From the NCBI GenBank assembly GCA_022824835.1, contig JAJDZB010000029.1:39999-103998 (forward strand): 64,000 bases of DNA, in the 5' to 3' direction. The notes below the pieces were generated by a model, which was given only the letters and a program-made list of their open reading frames with translations, did not search any database and was not told the DNA's origin. The position numbers and the translations under genes are program-made. Position 1 is the stretch's first letter, and every line of letters begins with the position of its first letter. This document shows positions 19,626-28,360 of this stretch, in pieces. The DNA comes from Candidatus Poribacteria bacterium. Its GTDB lineage: Bacteria > Poribacteria > WGA-4E > WGA-3G.

Positions 19626-21309
19626 TGAATCTAAGATGGCACACTATGAAGCAGCTGTCAAACACTTTAGCGAAGCCATTCGTATGAGACCTGGCTTTGC
19701 TATGACCTATATCTACCGTGGTGAGGTTTACCATAAAATGGGGAAGTTTGATCTTGCAATTGATGACTATACCCAAGCAATTTTCTGGACACGCAAACCT
19801 GCAAGGGCTTATCATAGTCGTGGCATGGCACATGGTGCTAAAGGTGATTTTGACAAGGCAATTGAAGACTTCACGAAAGCAATCCAACATGAACCTGATT
19901 ATGCAGAGGCATACTTTCATCGTGGTCACGCGTATGTTAATAAAAACGAGTTTGACATCGCTATTGAAGATTGTGACAAGGCAATACAACTTAATCCTGA
20001 TATTGCTGATGCCTATTTAATTCGTGGTAATGCCTATAGTGGAAAAGAAGGTTTTGATTTTGCCATTATGGACTATAGCAAGGCGATACGACTTAAACCA
20101 GATTACGTTCTTGCCTATATCGTTCGCGGCAACGCTTATAACAGCAAACAGGGGTATAATCTGGCAATTGCAGATTATACAAAGGCACTAAACCTGAATC
20201 CGAATTTTGTTGATGCTTATGTTGTTCGCGGACATGCTCATGTCCTACGAGGCGATTTTGAGTCTGCTATTGAGGACTGTGAGAAAGTCATAGAATTTGT
20301 GCCTGATGTTGCCGGACCTTATATCACACGTGCAACTGTATATAGCCTTCAGGAGGATTTTGATTCTGCTATTGCAGACTGCACCAGTGCATTAGAACGG
20401 AATCCGAAGGCTGCTGATGCATACCTGATTCGTGGAATGGCTTATAGTAACAAGGAGAAGCCTGACTTAGCTATTGCAGATTTTTCAGAAGCGATAGAAT
20501 GGCAACCCAATTACCCTAATGCATACTATGAACGTGGCAACTCATACAGCAATATGGGTGAGTTTGACAAAGCAATTGAAGACTATACGAAGGTGATAGG
20601 ACATAATCCGTATCACATTGAATGCTATATAAATCGTGGTTTTGCATATAGCAGAAAACGACAGTTTGATAGAGCATTTGGAGACTATAATACGGTCATC
20701 CAAATTCAACCTGATTATGTTCCAGCTTATGTCGATCGTGGTATCACTCTTGCGGTCAAAGGTGACTTAAACAATGCAATTGCAGATTTCACACGAGCGT
20801 TAAAACTCAATCCACTGTTAGACAAATTGTATTATAATCGAGGAAAAGTCTATACCAGTCAATTGAACTATGATATGGCTATCGCAGATTTTAATACAGC
20901 GATACAGCTTAACCCTGATAATGCACAAGTGTATTATAGTCGTGCAAAAGTCTGGTTACATCAGCAAGAATGGGAAAAAGCAAAATCGGATTTTAAAAAT
21001 GCTAAGAAGATGCAATTAGACATTTCAGGTCAATTTCATAGGGACTATCCTAAAATACTTGATTTTGAAAAGAAAATTGGTGCTAAATTACCTGATGATA
21101 TCGCTAATATGTTGATGCTACAGGATGGAAAAATTCAAATGCAACTTATGGATGAAAGTTTATTCCTGTCTTCAAAAGGAATTGATTCTTCCACTCTTGA
21201 AAAAAAAGATGTCATAAGAGCGATACATAAAAAACGAGCCCAAACTCTTTCTGATAAATTAAATAATTCCAATAGCATAACCTCAACTCATAGCGCAATA
21301 GCGAGTTAA
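19618..21309 (+). CDS. TPR-repeat protein with about 14 TPR units.
   Basis: The A-x2-Y/A-x-RG-x-AY-x3-G-x-(F/Y)D-x-AI-xD(Y/F)-x2-AI-x(L/F)-xP unit repeats 14 times. The start ATG at 19618 overlaps the FRG stop (ATGGCTAA), with AGGAGAtacagg as SD. Confidence 0.7.
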   Translation: MANESKMAHYEAAVKHFSEAIRMRPGFAMTYIYRGEVYHKMGKFDLAIDDYTQAIFWTRKPARAYHSRGMAHGAKGDFDKAIEDFTKAIQHEPDYAEAYFHRGHAYVNKNEFDIAIEDCDKAIQLNPDIADAYLIRGNAYSGKEGFDFAIMDYSKAIRLKPDYVLAYIVRGNAYNSKQGYNLAIADYTKALNLNPNFVDAYVVRGHAHVLRGDFESAIEDCEKVIEFVPDVAGPYITRATVYSLQEDFDSAIADCTSALERNPKAADAYLIRGMAYSNKEKPDLAIADFSEAIEWQPNYPNAYYERGNSYSNMGEFDKAIEDYTKVIGHNPYHIECYINRGFAYSRKRQFDRAFGDYNTVIQIQPDYVPAYVDRGITLAVKGDLNNAIADFTRALKLNPLLDKLYYNRGKVYTSQLNYDMAIADFNTAIQLNPDNAQVYYSRAKVWLHQQEWEKAKSDFKNAKKMQLDISGQFHRDYPKILDFEKKIGAKLPDDIANMLMLQDGKIQMQLMDESLFLSSKGIDSSTLEKKDVIRAIHKKRAQTLSDKLNNSNSITSTHSAIAS

Positions 21310-21349
21310 AGTGTCAAATAAGACGTTTCCTGAATAGAAGATCGTCTCT

Positions 21350-21517
21350 ATGTTCTTTCTAAACAAACCCACCCAAAACAACACCGGATGGTATGTATCA
21401 GAAGAACCCAGAACACGCCTTGGCAAGGGAATTATAGGTCAGATTAAGTATTCTCCAGATGGCACTCAACTTGCTATCGGGAGTTCCATTGGGATTTCTC
21501 CTTCTTCAATTGCTTGA
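21350..21517 (+). pseudogene. Remnant of a WD40-family paralog (N-terminal about 55 codons only).
   Basis: It translates to MFFLNKPTQNNTGWYVSEEPRTRLGKGIIGQIKYSPDGTQLAIGSSIGI.... This is near-identical in pattern to residues about 35-70 of the WD40 genes at 28361, 30506 and 32499 (RIGKGEIGAIKYSPNGTQLAVATTIGIWLYD), but it stops after 55 codons. Confidence 0.45.
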
Positions 21518-21614
21518 AGTAACGCTTCTGCATCTTCCATTGTCACCTGGTGAGATTTATTAATAGCTTCCAAGATTTGTTTAGGTTGTCCCTTCGGTTC
21601 TAAGTTCGGTTCCC

Positions 21615-22355
21615 TTACACCACGCGCAGCTCAACATCAATATCAACATCACGAGTCAGAGTATTCGTCACTGGGGAAGCAGCAAGGGTTTCCTCCCATA
21701 ACGCCTCCAGAATCTCATCGTCTGCATCAGATGCGACATAGATCGTTCCACGCACTGCATTAAAACCGCTATGTCCATCCTGTTCCGTTCCGAGAAAAAC
21801 GAAGATGTTATCAATCTGTCCACTCAATGAGATCTCCAACTCATCTATTTCAATCTTCTGCTGAGATGCGCGAATCTGAAAACCCATTGCCAAACACGCA
21901 CCGAGTGCACCTAAGACATACTCAACAGCACTCGGAGCAGCATCGCGCACATCAAAACTCGCAGGTTGACCTACCGACCACGAATGATTTCTACAGAAAA
22001 CCTTCGCTTGTAGACCACCATCCCAATGGATACGGGTCTGCCATTTATAATCTCGCGCTTGAGCATAAGCAGCATCAGCATCCTGTTCTGCTTCACCGCG
22101 TTGAACGAAATACTTGTTGTGTGATGGTGCAGGTCTCCAGCCAAGATAGGGATTCTCTGTCATACGACACCACGCAGGGAGATCCTCCTTGACACTAATC
22201 TCTGTACTGCGAATCTCCAACACATCACCATCTGGCACTTTTTCCATCGATTTCCGAATCAGAAGCAGTAGACCGGAACCACAATCAAGGTTTCCACCTT
22301 CACAGATATGTAGTGTCTGTAGACTTTCAGGTGCTTGTAAATCTTCTTCTCGCAT
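21615..22355 (-). CDS. Fusion of a TusA-like (SirA/YedF/YeeD fold) domain and an OsmC/Ohr domain.
   Basis: The N-terminus 'ICEGGNLDCGSGLLLLIRKSMEKV' is TusA-like. The C-terminus 'PSAVEYVLGALGACLAMGFQIRA...' is the OsmC core. Confidence 0.45.
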   Translation of the reverse strand: MREEDLQAPESLQTLHICEGGNLDCGSGLLLLIRKSMEKVPDGDVLEIRSTEISVKEDLPAWCRMTENPYLGWRPAPSHNKYFVQRGEAEQDADAAYAQARDYKWQTRIHWDGGLQAKVFCRNHSWSVGQPASFDVRDAAPSAVEYVLGALGACLAMGFQIRASQQKIEIDELEISLSGQIDNIFVFLGTEQDGHSGFNAVRGTIYVASDADDEILEALWEETLAASPVTNTLTRDVDIDVELRVV

Positions 22356-22667
22356 TGATATTAATACCCTGGGATTGTAATTGAATTGTAAGATGTGAAT
22401 CCTAAGTGTTGATATATATTAGAATGGACTGTAGTGAGTTTCTTGGCAGGACTGATGAATTATATCTTTTTTAAAGTGTATCTTTTAGGAATATGAATGA
22501 GTATCCCTCCTTTGGAAAAAAGTTGGCAGTGTATCAACCATGCACAATTTACTTTCGTAAGGAAACCTTTTCCATAATGGGAGGGAGACTCTAAGTTCTG
22601 GTTTTGGATTCAGCCGAACCCTTATGAAGATTCCTGCCATGCATAGCAGAAACTCCTTTTTCAGTTG

Positions 22668-23027
22668 TCAATAGGTTAGACTTGATCCGCCCGTAATTAA
22701 AAACTCAACAGCCTTAGCCCCCCCAACAATGACTGCATTCTCTACAAGGTTTTCTTCATCAAGGTTCCGCTTTTTGAAGCATGGTGAACAGACCCAGATT
22801 GTTCCGCCAACCTCAGCAAAGTCTGTCATGAGTTGTTTCAACGGTGCGAAACCTTCTTCGTGTATATCATCTGCATACCCATCTTGTGATAAATGCACAC
22901 CTTCTGTGCTAAGAAAAACAACGGTTTCAATACCAGAGGCTACAGAAGCATTTGCAACAACAAAACCGACAGTTGCTTTGTCGGTGTTATCTTTAGCGTG
23001 CGTAATGCTTATCATGAGTTTAGACAT
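22668..23027 (-). CDS. DsrE/DsrF-like sulfur-relay family protein.
   Basis: It is a 119-aa YchN-fold protein with 'ITHAKDNTDKATVGFVVANAS...VVFLSTEGVHL...VCSPC'. Confidence 0.55.
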   Translation of the reverse strand: MSKLMISITHAKDNTDKATVGFVVANASVASGIETVVFLSTEGVHLSQDGYADDIHEEGFAPLKQLMTDFAEVGGTIWVCSPCFKKRNLDEENLVENAVIVGGAKAVEFLITGGSSLTY

Positions 23028-23326
23028 TAAGTTCTATCTCCTTTTTTAATATAAAAATAGGCATTGTCTTCACCGCAACAGTCTGCGAGAAGGTCATTGC
23101 CTATCATGTTACACCATGCTGCTATATCCACAGGTGCACCGGGGTCAACAGCATGGACTTGTGCGATCTGTCCTGATTCAAGAGTCCTCATCGCTTTCAA
23201 TAATGCCACGATAAGATCGCCACATCCGAGTTCTCCAAAATCAAAAACAGCATCTGGCTCAATATTTGGTAGTTGGTTCATAACTTTCATGGTATAAAGA
23301 ATACCATGTAAGTCTTCAGACGTCAA
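23027..23326 (-). CDS. TusA-like sulfurtransferase-family small protein.
   Basis: 'VFDFGELGCGDLIVALLKAMRTL' parallels the TusA 'LDxRGLxCPxPLLxxKKAL' motif. Its stop overlaps the DsrE-like start. Confidence 0.5.
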   Translation of the reverse strand: MTSEDLHGILYTMKVMNQLPNIEPDAVFDFGELGCGDLIVALLKAMRTLESGQIAQVHAVDPGAPVDIAAWCNMIGNDLLADCCGEDNAYFYIKKGDRT

Positions 23327-23364
23327 GGCATTTTCTTATAACTTAAGCTCCAACAAGACACAGA

Positions 23365-24234
23365 TTAACGTTCAAGCCAACCCGGTAGCTTAATCTCACC
23401 AGATAACTTCCAGGCTGTCAGGTAAAGTGAAGCTGTCCACTGAACGCCTTCCCGTGAGAGACTATTCGTAAATTCAAGCAGTTCTTCAGATGGGTTTTGC
23501 AGGTCTTGATAATCCTGAACAAGATGATATACACGATCTACTAAGTTATTCCCAATTTTCATCTGTTCAACAATAGCTGGCATTAATTCCTTGACAGGTT
23601 TAACCTCATGTCCTTCGGAAAGTTTGATCGGGTCAAGTTTCATGACTTCAATTGATGCGTCAACCTTTTCATGGATTCCTGCATGTAACTTTGAACCGTC
23701 TTCTTGGACAATTCCGTCAAAGTGCACTGTTAAGTGCAAAGGTTGACACATATCCTGTGCATAATGTGCCAAGAATCCTGCGTAAACATAACACTTGTAT
23801 TGAATAATTGGATTATCTGGCCATTTTCGGTATTCTGCAAAGGCAAAAGCGAGTCGTTCTGTATATTCAGCTACTGCATAAGGTAAAAGTCCAACCTTTC
23901 TTGGCTCAAGTTCCATCTTGGCACAGAGTTTCAGAAATTCATCTCGATTCTCAGGCACTGGATTATCTTTGATAAGCTCAAGATCAAAGTAGTGTTCACC
24001 ATACTCAGCAGCCCGTGCATGGGGCACATAACGTTCTTTTGACAGATCGGGATCATAAGAACAGTGTGCTATCATTTTCTCGGCAGTTGCAGAACGGAAG
24101 AATTCTGGCATCTCATCTGGGAGTGTTTTAATAGTAGCTTGTGTAAGTATGTCGTGTCCACCACCCCACCATGCCCAAGCGGGTGTGGATAGAACAAGTA
24201 AGATTAACACGAATATATTTCGTAGACGTTTCAT
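23365..24234 (-). CDS. S1/P1 nuclease family protein, secreted.
   Basis: It has a signal peptide, then 'AWAWWGGGHDILTQATIKTL' and 'HYAQDMCQPLHL' (zinc-ligand motifs of S1/P1 nucleases). Confidence 0.65.
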   Translation of the reverse strand: MKRLRNIFVLILLVLSTPAWAWWGGGHDILTQATIKTLPDEMPEFFRSATAEKMIAHCSYDPDLSKERYVPHARAAEYGEHYFDLELIKDNPVPENRDEFLKLCAKMELEPRKVGLLPYAVAEYTERLAFAFAEYRKWPDNPIIQYKCYVYAGFLAHYAQDMCQPLHLTVHFDGIVQEDGSKLHAGIHEKVDASIEVMKLDPIKLSEGHEVKPVKELMPAIVEQMKIGNNLVDRVYHLVQDYQDLQNPSEELLEFTNSLSREGVQWTASLYLTAWKLSGEIKLPGWLER

Positions 24235-24266
24235 AGTTCTCCTTTTCTCTTGATAAAAGTAAACGA

Positions 24267-25238
24267 TCAGTCTGCAGCAAGATATTCACTGGATTCGTCA
24301 TCGTGCCATTGGAGTTGCAGTTCTGCTGTTTCGTGAGGTTTAAAAGGTATTGCTATGGAGTCAACATCAGGTCCGATAATCTCAATATTATCAAGATTAG
24401 CAGTACCGTATTCCAAATCGTTAGCATAATTGAGAAGTCCGATATCCATCGGTTCAAATCCCATAGCCTTTGATGTAACCGCATCAGCTGCGAAGACATC
24501 CGCACTTGCAACAGCGATACCGAGTTGTACGGAATTGGTGCCTCCTGGACCGTTTCCTTGTAAACCCAATGTGCCATCAATGATAGCGATATCCGGTCTC
24601 AAGAAGCGCGAGAGACGCAATAGGTTGATATTTATCGTCTGTGCTTCTCGCGGCAACATTCGGTCCCCATGACTTAGATATCCATGCACTTTAATACGGT
24701 CAGCCTTATGAATAGTACCCATAATCATGTTCTTCATTGCAAGTGTAACAACGCATGCATCATGTGTCTTGGCGATTGCAACAGAAATCGTGCATGGACA
24801 GTCGAGAACTGTCTTCGGCATTCGTACTGTTTCTGATTCCCTTCCAGAGAGAAATACTTCTGTTTCAACCCATTCAGTCTCTTCATGTAGGTCAAGGAGT
24901 CTAATAGGTATATCGTATTCCACTTGCAGGGCATCGTAACCGAAGATTTGAAATGCTTCTCCAGAGAAGGATTCATTTGCCCCTTCAGCGATAATTACCT
25001 CTTTAGGTGGTTGTGGTGTGCTCATCAAGAAGTCCAATGCCCCACGCATTGCATCTACATGTGAAGAAGCGAGTTGATTAGTGCTGGATAAAAAGTTCGG
25101 TTTTAACAGCACCTGTTCACGGACTCTTGGCGTGACCTCTTCCCGTATATTGTTCAATGCCTCATAGACATTAGAACGACGTCTGCCAGTCTTGGCAAGA
25201 CCAACTTTTGTACCAACTTTTATAACTGTATCAGACAT
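24267..25238 (-). CDS. DUF362 domain protein.
   Basis: 'LLKPNFLSS', 'ISVAIAKTHDACVVTLAMKNMIMG' and 'DGTLGLQGNGPGGTN' match the DUF362 pattern. Confidence 0.5.
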   Translation of the reverse strand: MSDTVIKVGTKVGLAKTGRRRSNVYEALNNIREEVTPRVREQVLLKPNFLSSTNQLASSHVDAMRGALDFLMSTPQPPKEVIIAEGANESFSGEAFQIFGYDALQVEYDIPIRLLDLHEETEWVETEVFLSGRESETVRMPKTVLDCPCTISVAIAKTHDACVVTLAMKNMIMGTIHKADRIKVHGYLSHGDRMLPREAQTININLLRLSRFLRPDIAIIDGTLGLQGNGPGGTNSVQLGIAVASADVFAADAVTSKAMGFEPMDIGLLNYANDLEYGTANLDNIEIIGPDVDSIAIPFKPHETAELQLQWHDDESSEYLAAD

Positions 25239-25281
25239 TTAGTTCCCCCTATCTTATGGATGTATCAGGTCTGGTTTTAGA

Positions 25282-26178
25282 TTATTCTCTAATTTCACTT
25301 TCAGTTAATATCGGACGTAAGAAACCGTGATGTTTCTCCAAGAGATCTATAGCCTCTCTCTTCTCAATCCCTTTCGTCAACATAACAATCGCTACTTTAG
25401 CATTTCCATCAGATTCCTTCAACGTTGCTTGTGCGGTGGTATCATCAACATTCGTAACGGTTTGTATAATTCGGATACTCCGTTCAACTAATTTTGTATT
25501 TGACGCGTTCACATCCACCATCAAATTATCATAGACTTTCCCAATCTTTATCATTGAAATTGTCGTAAGCATGTTGAGTATTAGTTTCGTTACTGTTCCC
25601 GCTTTTAATCGGGTTGAACCCGTAATAATCTCTGGTCCGACAATTGGTGTAATGAAATGGTCAATGTATGCATTTAGTTCTGTTTTTGGTGGAACACAAC
25701 AGAGGAAAATCGTCTTTGAACCGATGCTGTGTGCTTCCTTTAGTGCCCCTAAGACGTACGGTGTTCTTCCACTGCTTGCTATCCCAACGATTACGTCTTC
25801 AGGAGTCAGAGCATATTCCCTTATCGTCTGTGCACCACTTTCAGGTTTATCCTCTTCCCCCTCAACCGATTTTCGTAAAGCTATATCACCACCTGCTATA
25901 ATACCTTGCACCAGCTCTGGTTCTGTACTAAAAGTCGGTGGACATTCAGAGGCGTCCAATACACCGAGTCTCCCACTTGTTCCAGCACCGATGTAAAACA
26001 GTCTTCCTCCCTGAGAAAACGCATCAACGATCATTTCTACCGCAAACGAGATTGCATCTGATTGACTGGCAACAGCATCTACAGCCTTTCTGTCTTCCTC
26101 ATGGAATATGTTTACTATTTCTGGTATCGACTTTAAATCAATGTCTATTGAGTTAGGATTTCGTTGTTCTGTAATCAC
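25282..26178 (-). CDS. murQ: N-acetylmuramic acid 6-phosphate etherase.
   Basis: It has a SIS domain with 'GGRLFYIGAGTSGRLGVLDASECPPTF', is about 298 aa long, and is adjacent to a sugar kinase. Confidence 0.75.
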   Translation of the reverse strand: MITEQRNPNSIDIDLKSIPEIVNIFHEEDRKAVDAVASQSDAISFAVEMIVDAFSQGGRLFYIGAGTSGRLGVLDASECPPTFSTEPELVQGIIAGGDIALRKSVEGEEDKPESGAQTIREYALTPEDVIVGIASSGRTPYVLGALKEAHSIGSKTIFLCCVPPKTELNAYIDHFITPIVGPEIITGSTRLKAGTVTKLILNMLTTISMIKIGKVYDNLMVDVNASNTKLVERSIRIIQTVTNVDDTTAQATLKESDGNAKVAIVMLTKGIEKREAIDLLEKHHGFLRPILTESEIRE

Positions 26179-26221
26179 TGTTTAAAATTTATATTGAATC
26201 AGGCCTGGGATAAAAAATGAA

Positions 26222-27130
26222 TTATTGAAGTGTCCTTGCCAACAACACTGCACCGTAAACTGGTTCGTGTTTAGGCAGCGTTGCAGTCGCGCCTATTATG
26301 TTTTTCTCAATCCATTGACTCAGTTTATCTGCCAATAGGGGTTGATGTATCAGATTACCACCACTCAATAGTATATCAAAAGTATCAGTGAAGTTCAGCA
26401 TCCTGACAACAGTTTCTATTGCAAGCATGAGTTCTTCTGCAGCTGAATCTATTATTGTTTCTGCTTTTTTATCACCTATTTCAACTGCCTTAAACACGAC
26501 TTTAGATAGTTCTGCAATTTCGTCTCTATTTGCCGCATGTATCCATGGAATTATATCACTTGGCTTGTTCAAGGCAAGCTTATTTAGCATTAAACGGGTT
26601 AATTCAGTCGGCGGTTCACGTTTGTCTGTTGAGCGAGCAACTGCTTGAAGTCCTTTAATACCGATTTCATATCCACTGCCTTCATCTCCAAGCAGATACC
26701 CCCAACCCCCTGCACGTGTCTCTTGACCAAATTGATCAATACCATAGACAATAGAACCCGTACCAGAAATTACGATGACACCCGCCTGTTTACCAGTTCC
26801 ACCAACAAATGCGATATGTGCATCGTGCGTTAGAATACGCTTTTTACTTATTCCAATTTCATCACAGAGCTGTCCGATGATTTTTCGATCATCTTCACGT
26901 CCTAAACCCGCCATGCCTAAACAGAATCTGATTGAATCTAATTCTGTCTTGTCAACGTTTTCTGTTAGATTGCGGATAATCTCTACTAATACCTTCTTTG
27001 TCTGTTCTGTTCCAACAACATGATAATTTGATGGACCGGTTTGCGTTTTGGCTACCTCTTCACCTTTGTTTGTCGTTAACATGCCAACGGTCTTTGTTCC
27101 GCCGCCATCTATACCAATAATGTAATCCAT
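26222..27130 (-). CDS. BadF/BadG/BcrA/BcrD-type ATPase (N-acetylglucosamine/N-acetylmuramic acid kinase-like, MurK-like).
   Basis: 'MDYIIGIDGGGTKTVGML' is the ASKHA N-terminal motif. Being co-oriented with murQ suggests cell-wall sugar recycling. The start is taken at M23 of the ORF. Confidence 0.6.
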   Translation of the reverse strand: MDYIIGIDGGGTKTVGMLTTNKGEEVAKTQTGPSNYHVVGTEQTKKVLVEIIRNLTENVDKTELDSIRFCLGMAGLGREDDRKIIGQLCDEIGISKKRILTHDAHIAFVGGTGKQAGVIVISGTGSIVYGIDQFGQETRAGGWGYLLGDEGSGYEIGIKGLQAVARSTDKREPPTELTRLMLNKLALNKPSDIIPWIHAANRDEIAELSKVVFKAVEIGDKKAETIIDSAAEELMLAIETVVRMLNFTDTFDILLSGGNLIHQPLLADKLSQWIEKNIIGATATLPKHEPVYGAVLLARTLQ

Positions 27131-27333
27131 TTTAGTTACGGTACACGGAGAGTGTCTACTACTATTAAGAATAATGATTGTCTCAAAGAACGGCACACGG
27201 AGAGTGCCTACTACTTTAAAGACAGTGAAATTTCATTGACAACTGATACATAATCCATTATAGTTAATTTATCACGATCCATCCGAAAATGCAATAGATT
27301 TAACAGGTGCAATTCTTTAACAGGTGCAAGGCC

Positions 27334-28296
27334 ATGATTAAATTAAGACATTACGTTCTCACGCTCACACTTATGAGTTTTCTTTTCATCGGTTGTGCAC
27401 AAGACTCAAAACAAATTACATGGGAAAAAGTTAACAGCGGGACCAGCGCGCACCTTTACGGCGTGAGTTTCTTGGATGGAAAGAATGTCTGGGCAGTTGG
27501 AAGTGATGGCACCGTTCTATCATCTAAGGACGGTGGGAAGAACTGGAGTGGAAACGATGAAAAGTCCATTGCCACGTATACGTTGACACATGTCAATTTT
27601 ACCACTCCCATAAATGGTTGGATTGTGGGCAGAGGAAATATACATTATACCGGTAGCGCGGGTAATTCGTGGAAGATACAACATCAGATACGATCCACAA
27701 GTAATATAACCCCCGGTATCTTAGACCTGTATTTTATCAATACAACAGAAGGTTGGGCTGTCGGAGGAGTTGACGGAATCGGTATGTCAACGATACTCTA
27801 TACGCAAAATGGTGGTGGATCATGGGAAAAAGTCAACAACCCTTCAGATAGACATCTCTGGGGAGTACATGCTTTTGAATCATCCGTTTGGGTTGTCGGA
27901 GAAAAGGGAGAAATCTTACATTCACCAAATGGTGGGAAACAGTGGACTCGTCAGCTCAGCAATGCAGAACAACCGTTATTCGCTGTACATTTCCCACATC
28001 CCTCTAAAGGCTGGATAGTTGGATCCGATGGTCTGATTTTGCATACTACGGATAAAGGAATAAACTGGACGCGACAAACGAACCCGATGAAACAGAGTCT
28101 AAGAGATGTTCATTTTCAAGACGAAGAACGGGGATGGGCAGTCGGTGAGGAAGGCGTCATACTTCATACGCAAGATGGCGGAAAAACGTGGACAAACTAT
28201 CCTTCACCGACAACAAAAAACTTGCAGGATATCCATTTCAACGGGAATATCGGATGGATCGTCGGTGAGAAGGGTGTTATCTTACGAACAAAATAA
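27334..28296 (+). CDS. Ycf48-like/BNR (Asp-box) beta-propeller lipoprotein.
   Basis: It has a lipoprotein signal (LMSFLFIGC) and repeated 'S.DGGK.W' Asp-box motifs (SKDGGKNWS, TQNGGGSWE, SPNGGKQWT, TTDKGINWT, TQDGGKTWT). Confidence 0.6.
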   Translation: MIKLRHYVLTLTLMSFLFIGCAQDSKQITWEKVNSGTSAHLYGVSFLDGKNVWAVGSDGTVLSSKDGGKNWSGNDEKSIATYTLTHVNFTTPINGWIVGRGNIHYTGSAGNSWKIQHQIRSTSNITPGILDLYFINTTEGWAVGGVDGIGMSTILYTQNGGGSWEKVNNPSDRHLWGVHAFESSVWVVGEKGEILHSPNGGKQWTRQLSNAEQPLFAVHFPHPSKGWIVGSDGLILHTTDKGINWTRQTNPMKQSLRDVHFQDEERGWAVGEEGVILHTQDGGKTWTNYPSPTTKNLQDIHFNGNIGWIVGEKGVILRTK

Positions 28297-28360
28297 CCTT
28301 CTGATGCAAAATGCTTTGACCAATTCCGAATTGCAGTGAAGGTTCTGCAAGGACAGTGTC

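Noticed and set aside
19456-19989. A 177-aa minus-strand ORF spanning the FRG/TPR junction.
   Set aside because: It overlaps two well-supported plus-strand genes. It is Cys-rich and improbable.
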